Part shown: one piece after another, positions 11,285-23,832 of the stretch
Numbering within the stretch: position 1 is the first letter of the stretch
Layout: each line of letters begins with the position of its first letter
Assembly: GCA_051362555.1 (NCBI GenBank)
Contig: CM120642.1
Span: forward strand, 13,082,001-13,146,000
DNA: 64,000 bases
Reading direction: 5' to 3'
DNA from: Lingula anatina
Lineage: Eukaryota; Animalia; Brachiopoda
Translations under genes and position numbers: made by a program
The notes under the pieces: model-generated
Databases searched by the model: none
What the model saw: the letters and a program-made list of their open reading frames with translations, nothing else
What the model was told of the DNA's origin: nothing

Positions 11285-13687
11285 TTAGTATATGAATGGA
11301 ATAAGAGTTTTCCTAGACTTTGGGTATGTCTTGTAGTTATCCAGGTACCACTTCTGGGTTAAAATGGCACACACTGCTTGGTTCAGCAATACAAACACAA
11401 ACACACTCCATACAGAGATATTACGCAACCCAACCACAGTGGCAAAGGCCAGGTATATGATAATCTCCATAAGATAGTGAGGACTCGATACATATTCAAA
11501 CAGACCTCCTCGGGGTATGCGGTGAGCATAATTACGGACTTTCCCTGAAATTTTAACAAAGAAATATGTCATTGACAAGCACATACAGTAATGTTGCATG
11601 TTTTCTATATACTTTGAAGCTAATCACAGTTGATGAAAATTCCAAATTCAATAGCAAAATGGAATGTTCCACTGTAGAAAAAGCAAACTGAATGAAATAA
11701 TCATCAATGGTGATTTCATAATTTCGAGCATTGAATTTTGTCCATGTTTCAAGAATAAAACTATAAACTTTTTTGTCATCAACCTTACCATACATACTTT
11801 AAAAAATAATTTTTTGCACTGAAATAGCTCCCAAGGTAATTTACCAGTGCACTAATACTTGTACTATACAATATCTTACCCTCTGTCTTCCGAAGGTTAG
11901 CAAATGTTACATGTGCCACTTGATGTTGCCATGAGGCTAAAGCAAACATAATTACCCCCACTATGTGGTACCATGTTATGAACCCAGGGTGGACATGTTG
12001 CACTGTAAAATAATATGAATAATATTGCCTTATAAAATGCTAGGTACATAATTAAAGCAAACTGAAGGACACAGTATGATAAAAAACATATTTTAATCAG
12101 TAAAGCTCATACAAATTCACATAAACACACACATCTACAGTCAAATTAATGCCCCAATCCCACAGACCCAATTCTGCAGGGATTCTCGCTGACTGCAATC
12201 AGCTTACCTGAATGACATGCCCCCTACTGGTGTTAATCAAAACACAGAAAAACTGGTTATTATACAAGTAAGTTGGAAAGAAGACGAAGAATGTCATTCA
12301 GTTAAGCTGATTGCACTAAGCCAGAGCCCCATCAGAGTTGGGTCGATCTATGTAACCCAATGGTTTCTATGGAAATGGGGTCTCACTCAAACCAGCCTTA
12401 TACTTGCACATGTATATATCATAATGACTAAGATGAAGATTTCTTACAAGGAGCTGTGTTGAGGCTGGGTGCCTCACTAAGCACTGTCCAACCAAAGGTA
12501 ATGTAGAGATAGAAGCCCAGAAGAAAGTGGAGCAGGTTCATGGTAGACTTGGAGTACACGCTGATGAAGTAGCATTCGTAGAGACGGCGCAGGTCCTGGA
12601 TCAACATCAAACTGATACAAAGAAGAGTGCCCAATGCATCTGAAAACAGATTCCAAAATGCAATAACAACAATAAATGACCTTCCTTTTATCAAATGTAA
12701 CAACCAAGTAATTAGAATGCATCACTTTTTGCATATTTTCCTTGGACTTGGACTGATCAAGTGCTAACCTATTTTCATTTTTGACTCTCAGTAGTTAAAT
12801 CAAAGAATATTCCGATTTAAAATTTAAGTGTGTATATAGTGTGTATGTCTGTGTATGTGTTGCTTCTTAATTATTTCATCAAACAAGTCTGCTCAACAAA
12901 TCCTTACATCTGTTGATTACGGAAAATATCCCTTACGAAAAAGTCCTATAGGATCCTATAAGATCCTATACGATTCTATAGGAAATTAGCCCAATTATCT
13001 ATAGGATCTTATAGGATCTTATAAGATCCTATAAGATTTCATTAGGGATATTTCAGAAAACTACTGTATATAAGAGGGGTATATCAAAGCTCCCCCCTCC
13101 CCCCATCCATGCCCTCACCAGTGGTGACCTGCTCTGCTGACACTGCACTAACAACTTGTTGGTAAATTGCTGGGGGTGGCACACCAAACACATATGCCTG
13201 TACTGCTAAGGCAAGGTGGGCAGAGTTAGCAACTATGCCCACTGCATAAAAGTAACGAAAATAGCTGGAAAATTAAAAAAAAAGTCGTAATCAGAAGTGG
13301 AGAACTAGACAGCAATAACGAAATAGCTGGAAATTGAAAAAAGTCTTAATCAGAAGTGGAGAGCTAGACAGCAATATCAACTGGCATACATACATTAATT
13401 ATACTTGCATGAAAACAGACATCAAATAAAAAAATGAAAGGTACTGGTTAAAAGAAAGTTTCATCATAGGTGATCGACGCCATCGGCCGCAATGTGGAAA
13501 CAAACCTTTTGGGAATCTCTAAATAACGCATAACTGTCCATTCATTTCTTTTCCCTCTGCTTTTCCCATACAGCAGGGTATCTTGCAAAATTTGTGGCAA
13601 CTTTATGGTGCTATTCTGTACTAAACCTAGCACGAAAATAACGACTGCAAAGACCAAATACAGGTAGGCCAAGACAGACACCGCCAT
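11285..13687 (-). CDS. SRD5A3: Polyprenol reductase / 3-oxo-5-alpha-steroid 4-dehydrogenase 3, about 300 aa
   Basis: Exons 13687-13506, 13264-13119, 12639-12448, 12002-11880, 11544-11285 (903 nt, phases consistent). Motifs LYGK, RRLYEC, HRIPRGGLFEYVSSPHYLMEIIIY and YPKSRKTLIPFIY match the steroid 5-alpha-reductase/DFG10 family. Confidence 0.93.
12926..13051. mobile_element. Small MITE-like element filled with a 10-bp tandem repeat
   Basis: Imperfect inverted ends TATCCCTTACGAAA ... TTTCATTAGGGATA enclose (CCTATAGGAT)n-like units, in SRD5A3 intron 2. Confidence 0.6.
13253..13374. repeat. Tandem duplication of about 61 bp that includes the SRD5A3 exon-2 splice acceptor
   Basis: TAACGAAA(A)TAGCTGGAAA...AATCAGAAGTGGAGA(A/G)CTAGACAGCAA occurs at 13253-13315 and 13316-13374. 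Confidence 0.9.
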
Positions 13688-13850
13688 TGTTTACAGTATA
13701 ATCGGTGCACAGTATGATACCCTTTTACATGTGGCGTGCTGAGCAACAGTGAGTACTTTTTTCCAATAATAATGTGACATGTATAATATCTTCATCGTTT
13801 TTCTCTGAAAAGAATTCAATCAATCTTATATAAGATGGCGCACCCTAAAC
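13688..13850. promoter_or_regulatory. Bidirectional promoter region, SRD5A3 / ankyrin gene
   Basis: SRD5A3 ATG at 13687 (-); plus-strand donor CA|GTGAGT at 13749; YY1-like AAGATGGCG at 13832-13840; CpG locally retained. Confidence 0.55.
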
Positions 13851-14239
13851 TATTGTCTCTCTTCCTAAAATTCTGATTTAATTATTATAGTCTAATGGTA
13901 AAAAAACGACAACGTACGTGGTAACGTCAAAAACTTTCAATTGGCACTTCTGTAGTCCCCACCCACAAAGACATTGATCAGTAACTAAATATCTCAGTTC
14001 TCATAAAAATGCAGAATAAAGAGTAATAGAGTGGAGCGGGGGAATACTGCAAAAGGGACAAACCGTCAACGTTTATTTGAAAAACAAGAATTAAACCTTC
14101 CTAGTTTCTAAATTCTAACCAAGGCTTTAGTATCTCTACAATATGACTGATTCATATTATTGTCTATATTATAATGTTTAGATCCAACGTTGTAGATGAA
14201 AGTGTTTGATCATGCATGTTACATATTAACAGGAGAACA

Positions 14240-14838
14240 ATGAGCAACCCAGAGCAGCAGCTTCACAAGGCTGTGAGAGAAAATAACCAGACAGAAGTAG
14301 AAACTTTAATCAACCAAGGGGTCAGCATTGACTGCCTCTTTTACAATTGGACTCCCCTAATTTTAGCTGTACAACAAGGTAAATGACAAAAGTTTTCAAT
14401 AAAAAAAATTTGTGATGTAATGACAATGGTAAATAAACTAATAGATAAATAAGACCAAAATATTCTTTGTTAGCATAAACATAATGAATATATTTAAATC
14501 TCCCAATTTTGGTTAAAGCAATATGCTTACTCCTGTATGGGTTTATATTACATTGTATATGACCATAGAATGTATGTGTGAGCAGAGAATGCATAAGGTG
14601 TATACTATTCAAATTAAGTTTGCAGTAGATGACGCATTATTATTGTAATTTAAATCTTCATAGTCTAGAATCAAGCCAGCTGAATATTTTCAAGATTAGA
14701 TTTTACTTTTTTAACATTTATTGCTTCTTATTTCAGTCCTCTTTTTTAATTTTTTTTTTATCTCAGAATTTAGAATTTTGTTTAAAAGCACTTACATACA
14801 AAAATAGCATTTTTATCGGTAATGGCATTTATTCACAG

Positions 14839-14917
<79 letters not shown>

Positions 14918-16721
14918 ATATAATATAATAGGGCATGACCAGCTGGCACTTTGGCTGATTGACAAAGGATGCAACATCCATTACAAGGATGAAAAAGGAG
15001 TGTCAGCTTTTGAAGAAGCAGTAATAAACAACAGGTTGGAGGTGTGTATGACCTTCGATTTTTTTACATTGCAATATCACTTACTATGTTTTGAATTGGA
15101 AGTTTTAGTACATGGATCAGCACTTTCTAATTCTGCAAACATTGCATTGAGAATGAAACAATTAATATATGGCGCTTTGATTTAATGAATTGATTCCCAT
15201 GCATTTTTCCTACCTGTATCAAATCACTTTTTCATTCCAGTAGTCAAAGTTGTATATTGTGTATTTGACCAAATAAGATAAAAAATTTTAACAAAATAAA
15301 TGACCTGAAGATAACTTATTCCAAAGCAGAACTGTTGAAAAGATTGTTAGTCTAAAGCTCACTAAAAGAGGCATTCACTGTTAAGAACATTGCTGTTAAC
15401 TGAGATCAAGTGTCCTGGACATTCATACATGTACCAAAGAATTCTTTGGCCATTACACCTTCAAACTATCAAGACACAGCTAACTTTTGCAGCCCAATTT
15501 ATCTAAATCAAGAGTATTACCTTACAGCCAAAATTAAGATAATGTTACCTGAAAAGTGCTTGACAATGTGTATAAGAAATAAAAGATGAATGTTTACAAT
15601 TAATGTTTACAATGTAGGTGATAAAATCTCTGGCCCAGCATGGCATTGATGTCAACCAGAATTTGATATCACAACAGAGTGCACTGTGTTTTGCTGCAGA
15701 AAAAGACTTAAGGGACATGACAAAGATACTGATTAATAGTAAGTGTTATTGTATTGTCTGTTATACTTAACTTTATATCTTTATTAATAAACATGATGAA
15801 TTTCATGGTGCCTCTCACTGTAACTTACATTACATCAATAATATGATAAAGCAGGATGTATATGTCACAAAAGTGAAATAAGAAGCCACTCTGATTGATA
15901 ATTATTCAATGTGCACTATGCTTAATATAGTTTACCTGCTGCATTTAAGAAACAATTACATTTGAATGCACGGTTGCAATGCATGACTTATGGTGTAACT
16001 GTGCCTATCAAGTTATGTACAAATACCATTTCTTAAAGCTTGTTATTTATATTTATCATTGCAGACAAAGCAGATATGTTCCTGTGTAATAAACAAGGAG
16101 AGACTCCACTTCATATCAGCATTAGAAACGGGTATGGCCAGATGGTCAAGCTTCTGGTCGATGCCCCCCAGGGGCCACAGTTAGTGGACAGGGCAGTGGC
16201 AGATAGCAGCAAGCTCTCACCACTTATGCTGGCCATTATTAATGAAGAACACAATATTGCTCAGGTGCTAATCAAGGTGATTAATACTGTTTTATAGAAT
16301 TAAGAGTGGAATAAAAATACCAGTTTGCCATTTTTCCTTAAATTGATGAAACATCGGTGCTAAATTATTGTAAACAGATATACTGGATAGCTCTTTCTTG
16401 TGTAATTTTGTATTAGTTGAATCCCTGCTCTGTGACACATTAGGATAATTTTGATCTGTCCCTCTTTTAAAATACTTAAAAGCTGCCTACCATTTCCTCT
16501 TTCCATATTTTTAGGCAAAATGCAGTTTGAATGCACAAGACAGTGATGGGTGGACAGCTCTAATGCATGCTGTGAGTCATAATAGTGAGGATATGGTCAG
16601 ATTGCTGCTCAAATCCAGGGCAGACACCAGGGTCTGCAACAACGAAGGCAGGACTGCCCTACAAGAGGCAGAAGAAAATGAGGAGGATGAAATCATTGAC
16701 TTACTAAAGAATCATCGATAG
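14240..16721 (+). CDS. Ankyrin-repeat-only protein, 262 aa
   Basis: Exons 14240-14378, 14932-15041, 15618-15738, 16065-16276, 16515-16721 (789 nt). ANK motifs WTPLILAV, GVSAFEEAV, QSALCFAA, GETPLHISI, LSPLMLAI, GWTALMHAV, GRTALQEA. Confidence 0.9.
14841..14911. repeat. (TA)n microsatellite
   Basis: Directly visible; ends 20 nt upstream of the acceptor at 14931. Confidence 0.95.
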
Positions 16722-17427
16722 TGCACCCCAAGCCTGGTCCACTCTTGAAAACAGTTGTCATAAGGGGTCATTCTGGCAACTTTTTAATTTTGAAAACTTA
16801 ACTATAAAACGTTTTTAAAAATTTATTATTATGCTGTTCAAATGCCAAAACTAAATAAGTATTTTTGCAACTTTATATGTACCTACATATAAAATACATA
16901 CCAAAGAATAATGGGCATAACTTGTGCTGTGGATTATTGGATTATTTTTTATTTAAATAAGTTAACTACATTTTATTATATTTTTCTTTTCACTTCTTAA
17001 AATAAAGACAAAATAACTTTATTATTAATGCAAATAACTTTATTCATGGGCATTTGCTGCATTTTTTTATGTAAGACAAATGTAATTTTTGATTCCGTTA
17101 TTCTTCCTATCAGATAATCACCATTAACCACATTAAGATTTTCATTTAGTCAGTGTTCATAGCTCAATATGTCAGTGTTCATATCTCCAAAGTCATTATA
17201 TATAATACTCAATGTGTCTGTCTTCAAATGAATTAAATCTAATCTACTGCTTACAACAATACTAAATAATATCATAAACAACACAAAAACGCTTCAATAT
17301 AAAGGCAATGCAGATTTTAAAATGCGTAAAGTACCAATTTTAAAGAATGCACTGTGACATAACTGTATCTGTAAATCGGGACACTTTTTCATAATTCTGC
17401 TGAATGAATTGTGACATTCCAGAATTG

Positions 17428-20400
17428 TCATTTCTTTTTGACAAATTTTCCCATGTTTTCCTCCACCACCTGTCTCGCCAAGACTGGGTCTGCTCTACCC
17501 TGTGTTTGCACCACTATTGCTTTATGAAAGCCACACTCCCGATATCCTTTCTTGTGATTTTTTACCTTAAATAGAATAATAAAAATAAGGTGTTATAATT
17601 GACTTAATTTTAATTAAAAAAGCTTATTTTAACTTGAAATTAGAATGGAGGTAAATACGGATAGATGCAAGAGACAGGATTAGATGAAAAGTATAATACT
17701 TTCTTACGTGATAGTTGAAGTTACATTAAAAAAGTTCAATTATGGTCATGTCTCAATCTATGACAAAAAAGACATTTCTTCTTTCAGAAAACCATACCTT
17801 TTTAGGAGATTCGGCCATTAGTTTTTTGCAATGTTCTTCTATCAATGTTTTATCTGTTATTATCCACCAATCTTCTTCATCCACCATTTGTTCTGCGGGC
17901 CTGTTGTCTGCCGCCTCAAAATATTGAAGAAAAATGTTCCTTGCAACTTGATATGTGATGCGTTTGCTGCACAGCAAGTCCACAGTGTCTCCAAATTTAA
18001 CAATGTCAACAGGGCTAAAATATACCAAAGAGAGCCATTAAATCATTTTATCTGGAGTGAATTTAGATGGTGCCATTGGCTGAATTAGTAATGGTCAAGC
18101 ATTTGTCTTTTAGCCCCTGAGGCAGTACTGTCTTAACTTCATTGGCTATAAACCTGAAACAATCACTGTTGGAGCTTAGAGTTTTTTCACAAGAAATGGC
18201 AAAATGTCAGTTTTGATTTCTACTCAAAGTTGATGCAAGGTAAGGCTGCAGTTTGGGTAGGGCTGGGGGAGAAAAAATGTGTCAATTAGTTTAAGGGACA
18301 TCACAAAGCATTAACCAAAGGATATTCCCACAAAAATTTACAGTTTGCCATCTTTTAAAATTTTGCCAAAAATGAATACAAATTTAATTTTATCATTATA
18401 TTGGTAACATGAATTCAGCTTTACCTTTTATCTACAGGGATCTTGTGTTCATTTGTGAACGAGAGCAATATTGAAAATAAAAGGTGGTACACAGTAGAAA
18501 TATCACGGGTTGTGTCTGCATTCATTACTGCAGTGAAGAAGTCTTCTGTGCCCTCTGAGGTCTGAAAGGAAAAAACAAACCAATATTTTGTCACCATCAA
18601 CTTGGATCCATTCTTTAGCTGGTGTGTGAAAAGTTGAGCTAAATCAGTTCATGGGCTTGGCACTGTACAATGAAAAATTTTCTATGTAAAAGCTTTTGGG
18701 AGAGAGAATCATAAGTGTAAGTTAATTTAAGGCAATACCGTTCGTCTCTTGAGAACTTAACAATATTGAAACTGAGCAAAAGACAGGGAACTCTGAATCC
18801 AGAATGTGTGTAAAATTAACTCTTTTTGTTTGTTGTTGACCGTTTCAAACTTTATTCATGAAAATGCACTTTAAACTAACTTGGCCACATTAAGCAAAAC
18901 AAAATGCTTGTTGATACCAATACAACTACAGATAAATATTGCCACTTTAGAAAAAAAAACATTTACTAAGTCTAAATGTTCTTAAGCCAAGACATTATCT
19001 CTTCCTACTTACCAACATTACCTGACAGTGTTCAAGTGATAATCCATATTTTGCCTGCAGTGCCAATCTTCGTTCCTCAGGAGTTGCAGCCATAGAACTC
19101 CTGATCTCATCAACATTGATCACCTGATCAGGTGACAGGTCTGACGGCAGAGTCTGGTTGTCGTATATTCGTAGAGGAGGGAGGTTTGGCTCTGGCATGA
19201 AACGATAGTCGTGCACCTTTTCCTTGTCTCTCATAGATATTGTTTCCCTGGAGAAATATTTATGAATAAACGTATACCTGTGTGATGATGAAACTTACAT
19301 CTTCCAATTTTGGATTAGAAAAAGTAACAACATGACAATAACCAAAGATTCAGTAATATTCTACAACATTTGACCATTTGTAAATGTCAACAACTGATTA
19401 TATTTTAAATATATTTCTGATTGAAAATGAGATGATAACAAAAAAAAAATATCACAACGCTCATGAGGCTGTCCAACAACTGTCACCAATTTCACACCAA
19501 ATGGTGTTAATATCCTTGATAAAGATGTTTCTACATCACAAACATACAGTTACATATCAAAAGAAGTCAACTTACACATTTTCTGCATCAAAAGCTCTTG
19601 TTTCGTTGGCTATTTTTTCACCTTTTTCTAAAAGTGATATATGCCTGCTGAATTCATATTCTAAAAAAAAAACAGATAAAAGCCCATTGACTATGAAATC
19701 TTTCTATAGTATAGGCGAAATGACAAAAAGACAAAATACTTTAATGAAATATATTTTTTTAAATACACAGTGTATAGAATGATAATTTCACTTTCTTATC
19801 AAGGATATGGACATCTAAATACCTAAAGAAAAAAGATGAGGTACGACACCTAAGCAGAAAAGCAGTGAAATTTTACAATAACATAAAAAATTCTGCCACA
19901 GACAAAAAACCAGAAAATGCTCAAAAGGAGAAATATATCTTCCTCCCTTCTATAATATTTTTTAACAGAAAATACCATTACTGTAACAACAACTTTGTCA
20001 TCCTTTTCACCAAAAAAGGTGTATCTCTCCCAAATATAAAAAAAGTTACAATATCCCTACTGCCAAAGTTACAATAACAGCTTCTTCCAACAACATCTAA
20101 GATCGACATCTAAGATCTCAGTGCTTCACAATACACCTTTTTTTTTACCTCCACAGTTCAGTTCTTGTTAGCAGAAAATACTATTGTAACTAACTGTAAA
20201 TGCATAGCACAACTGATGAAATCCTTAGTGGGATATGTGCTGCCATCTAGAGGACATACCAATAGCCTTGGCCACACCCCTGATGCTGTTGACATTCTTG
20301 ATCTCCACCCTGACCCCTGTGCTGATTGGCTCCCCTACCTTGTTGACTGACACAGTGGCATCCACCCTCATTGCTCCCTCTGGAACAAATAAAAATAAGG

Positions 20401-23400
20401 GAGAGTCCTGTACCTGCATAAGGCATTATGCATTACTTCCTAGATGAAAGTGGACTTTTTTACAATCTGGAAAATGCTAGTGCCAAAAGCATGCAACTGT
20501 ATACATGGATTTAGGGGGATAAAAGATAACACAGATCTGGATAAATCCATATGACTTTCATCTCTTATTATTAAAAAAATCCAAGGGAAGATAAAGAATT
20601 TTAGGCAAACTCAAACATTGACTGAGAATTTAAATCAACTATATACCATCAACAAAAATTTAAAAAATTCATATTTCCTGTGGACTCAGAAGGCTACCTA
20701 AACCTGACCCTTACATGCTTGCAATATGCAATGACAGGTTGACCTTGAACAATTCCACTTACCTGCCATCACCCCACTACAAGCCCCTATGGTTGTGAGG
20801 ATCAATTGTAACTCCTTTACAAAGGCAGCAGCTTCCTCACCTGAACGGAAGTCAGGCTCTGTTACAATCTCCATTAGGGCCATACCTAAAGTGTAAAAAA
20901 AACACAATTACTAAATTACTACACATGAATGTAAAAATAAAAGACATTCAAAACCTGTGTCACTTTACAAAAACATATGTACTGAAAACAATTATACCAC
21001 TTAATTAAGTTTATTTTATAATCAAAGATGTTATCATACATAGCTCCCAGTGAATCCTCCAAGAATAACAAGAGTCTTGTTCTCAATGTCCCTTTGGTGA
21101 CCTCAACATGCAATTTGCAATGAATTACAAGTGTGATGCTAATACCAATCTTTGTCACTACCATTATATTTATCTTTGAACGTATGGACATACAGCATCA
21201 CTGTGGAAAGATCACCCCCCTCTACTCAGAAACCTTACGCACCGGCTCTGTTCAAGTCAATCAAACTCATGTTCTGTTCTGGGTCTTGTAGACTCTTGCC
21301 ACTATCCTGTTCTAATTGGATGTGGTGAATCCGTGCTGACAGCTTGGTTGGTGATTTCATGTCATTCGCTACAAAAAAATAATAGGGTATCTCCCCTTTT
21401 TCTGCCAGGGGCTGTCTCTGTTGAGTAATTTGATAACCTTGCTGAAAACAGAATAAGTTATTTGTCATTTTTGTCTCAAGCCATCCAAGTCAGGTATGGA
21501 AGACTCATCTCACTATTATCCGTTCAGAAGGCTACCCCCACCCCTCCCCATAAGTCAAGTTAAGCCAAAATAAAGACAATCTGAATCTATCCCTAAAATC
21601 ATCTACCACAAAGCATAATGTTTCAGATTCTTTAGTTAAATTTATTTAGCTGATATAAGGACCTGAAGGACATGGATTAAAAAAAACTACACGTGATCAA
21701 ATTGTAACCTATAACCTATACAAATCTAAAAAAATGATAACTCAATTTCATAATATTATGACATTGTAACCCAAATTTTATGTAATAACTTTACAATAAA
21801 CTGGCTGGAGAGAAAAAAGGAAAGCCAAAAACTACCTGGCACAGACCAATGATAAATGAATGGAATGAGATCAAAAGACAGAGCTCAGTGGTAGGGTATG
21901 ATTATGACCATAAGTCTCCCAGGGAAGGAGGGAGGGAGGGAGGAAGAAAGTTAATGAGTAAATTAATGAGTAAGCATTGTAATAAGAAACAAAGATTTAC
22001 CGGGAGATCAGCATAGAAGTAATGCTTTCTGTCAAATCTGGACTCCCTGTTGATGTGACAACCCAAGGCCAGCCCTGTCATCACGCCAATCTCTGCACAT
22101 CTTCTGTTCAAGACCTATAAATGGGAAACATGCATTTGATATAAATAGATAACTGAACATATGACAAAGACTGGTGGCTGTATATCAACCCATTTATAAA
22201 CATGAAATCTAATTCTTATTGTAGATTTAAAAGGAAATGCTAGTTATACAAGCCTACTATACACCTTTTTGCTTAAAACCCATAGACACTGTTATTTACC
22301 TTCCTGAAAAAATATAATGTTTAGGTAATGGCTGGGCAATAACAAAGTTACTTAGTTTGGAATCTCTTCTCTGTATAGGCATAGCAGGATGACCAAATAG
22401 TGCATATACGATGTAAAATCCTGTGGCTTAAAAATCATGAGTTTGAACCCCATTCCAACAAGGCTTTGTTGTCTCCATAGTTAACACATTTTACATCCAA
22501 CCTCTTTCTTCACCCAGGGGTGTAAATGGTACAGATCAAGCATAGTTGTGATACAATACAATACTATACTTACAGGCAAAGTTCCAGGCAAAGCTGCATC
22601 AAGGAAGGATACCTGGTTGTTGACAGGTGCAGCAAACTGTGTGCCGGCACCAGAGAACAGCTTGCTGTGGGAAGCAATCTGTGCGTGGATTTCCAAGCCA
22701 ACAACTGTCTCCCAGCCAGCCCTGGCATTCTGACTAAAGAAAAAAACCTTGACAAATATAATCGTTGCTGAAATGTTCTGTCTCAACCACCACTTTTATG
22801 GATTGGTGTATTTACTAAGCATGCTACAGTTACAGCAGAAGCCATTATGAAGACTCTCAGATTATCAAAAACTAATTTCAGGAATCAAACAAAGAGTTCC
22901 TCATTACACTTCGTCCTGAAAATCAAACTGTGTATTTACATGTGGTATCCTAGATATCTTGGAACCTAGTGTGTATATTTAGCGTGGAATTAATTTCGTT
23001 AGAATCAGTGTTAGAAATTAAGGCTGGACCATCTGCCTGGGGCAGACAACTTTCAGAACGGGCAGAGAAGTTTTCCCACCCGGCAGGCATTCTAGCCAGC
23101 TAATTCCCAAGATGGCTGAGCTTTCGGTTCAGCAACTTATTTTCCTAAGAGGCAAACACTGGTTGGAATAGTATACATTCCTATCTTAGCATTATTTCCA
23201 TCAGTGAAATAATTTGATCTGTGCAATAAATGTTAATAAGTTGTGTTTTCTTTTGCCTGCTAGCACCAGTAGTACCGGTGGTTACACACAAACTGGGTAA
23301 CTTACAGTTACAGTATGTAAGTTTTCAACGGTCCAGTGCAATGATCTCATAATGGCTGCATATTCATATCCAACATTGCATAAATATTGAACAGACAATG

Positions 23401-23518
23401 AAAAACCTTACCTCAATCTCTGCCCGTGATGCAGTGCTCTTGTAAGTGCTCTATAAACAGAGTACGAGCACTGAAAGTTGCTCGTAAATCTTCGATACCT
23501 TCCAAGCGTGTGAGACAT
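17428..23518 (-). CDS. GATB: Mitochondrial glutamyl-tRNA(Gln) amidotransferase subunit B (GatB/PET112), about 544 aa
   Basis: Exons 23518-23412, 22733-22574, 22114-22001, 21441-21243, 20885-20763, 20379-20260, 19660-19576, 19247-19013, 18561-18425, 18014-17798, 17565-17428. Motifs [76 protein letters not shown]; Arg-rich mitochondrial presequence. Confidence 0.96.
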
Positions 23519-23604
23519 GTGTAATCATTGCAATGGGTAAGTACTAACTATCGATATAACACAACAGGGCTTCCGGTGTGGGTTGAGTAGTTAGACTGAG
23601 AAAG
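23519..23604. promoter_or_regulatory. Bidirectional promoter GATB / XKR with DRE and ETS motifs
   Basis: TATCGATA (DRE palindrome) at 23549-23556 and CTTCCGG (ETS core) at 23570-23576; plus-strand donors at 23537 (GG|GTAAGT) and 23605 (AAG|GTAAAC). Confidence 0.6.
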
Positions 23605-23832
23605 GTAAACGGTGGGGTTTCTTATTACATTTGTTTTGAGTATGTCATACTTTGTATCACTAATCTGTACATAAATCGTGCTACTGCCTAAGCACTAACG
23701 ACGCTGCAGCATTAATAAGGACCACAACTAACATTATATGTAGTCAGGGGTAATCCTAGAGATGATGCAGTTTTCAAAGACTTTCCATTTTGATTTCAGA
23801 GGAGTGTTGGGCGTGTTGACTGAGAAGCAGTG

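Noticed and set aside
10900-13050. Short repeat arrays as CRISPR-like loci
   Set aside because: They are tandem or inverted units without unique spacers, in a eukaryotic context with no cas genes; MITEs explain them.
21880-22460. tRNA/SINE-like A-box (GAGCTCAGTGGTAG) and B-box (GAGTTTGAACCCC) fragments
   Set aside because: They are about 550 bp apart, separated by a GATB exon, and form no cloverleaf; at most decayed SINE remnants.
23020-23110. Imperfect palindrome in GATB intron 1 as a pre-miRNA
   Set aside because: The pairing has many mismatches; more likely a decayed MITE, and I cannot support either call.
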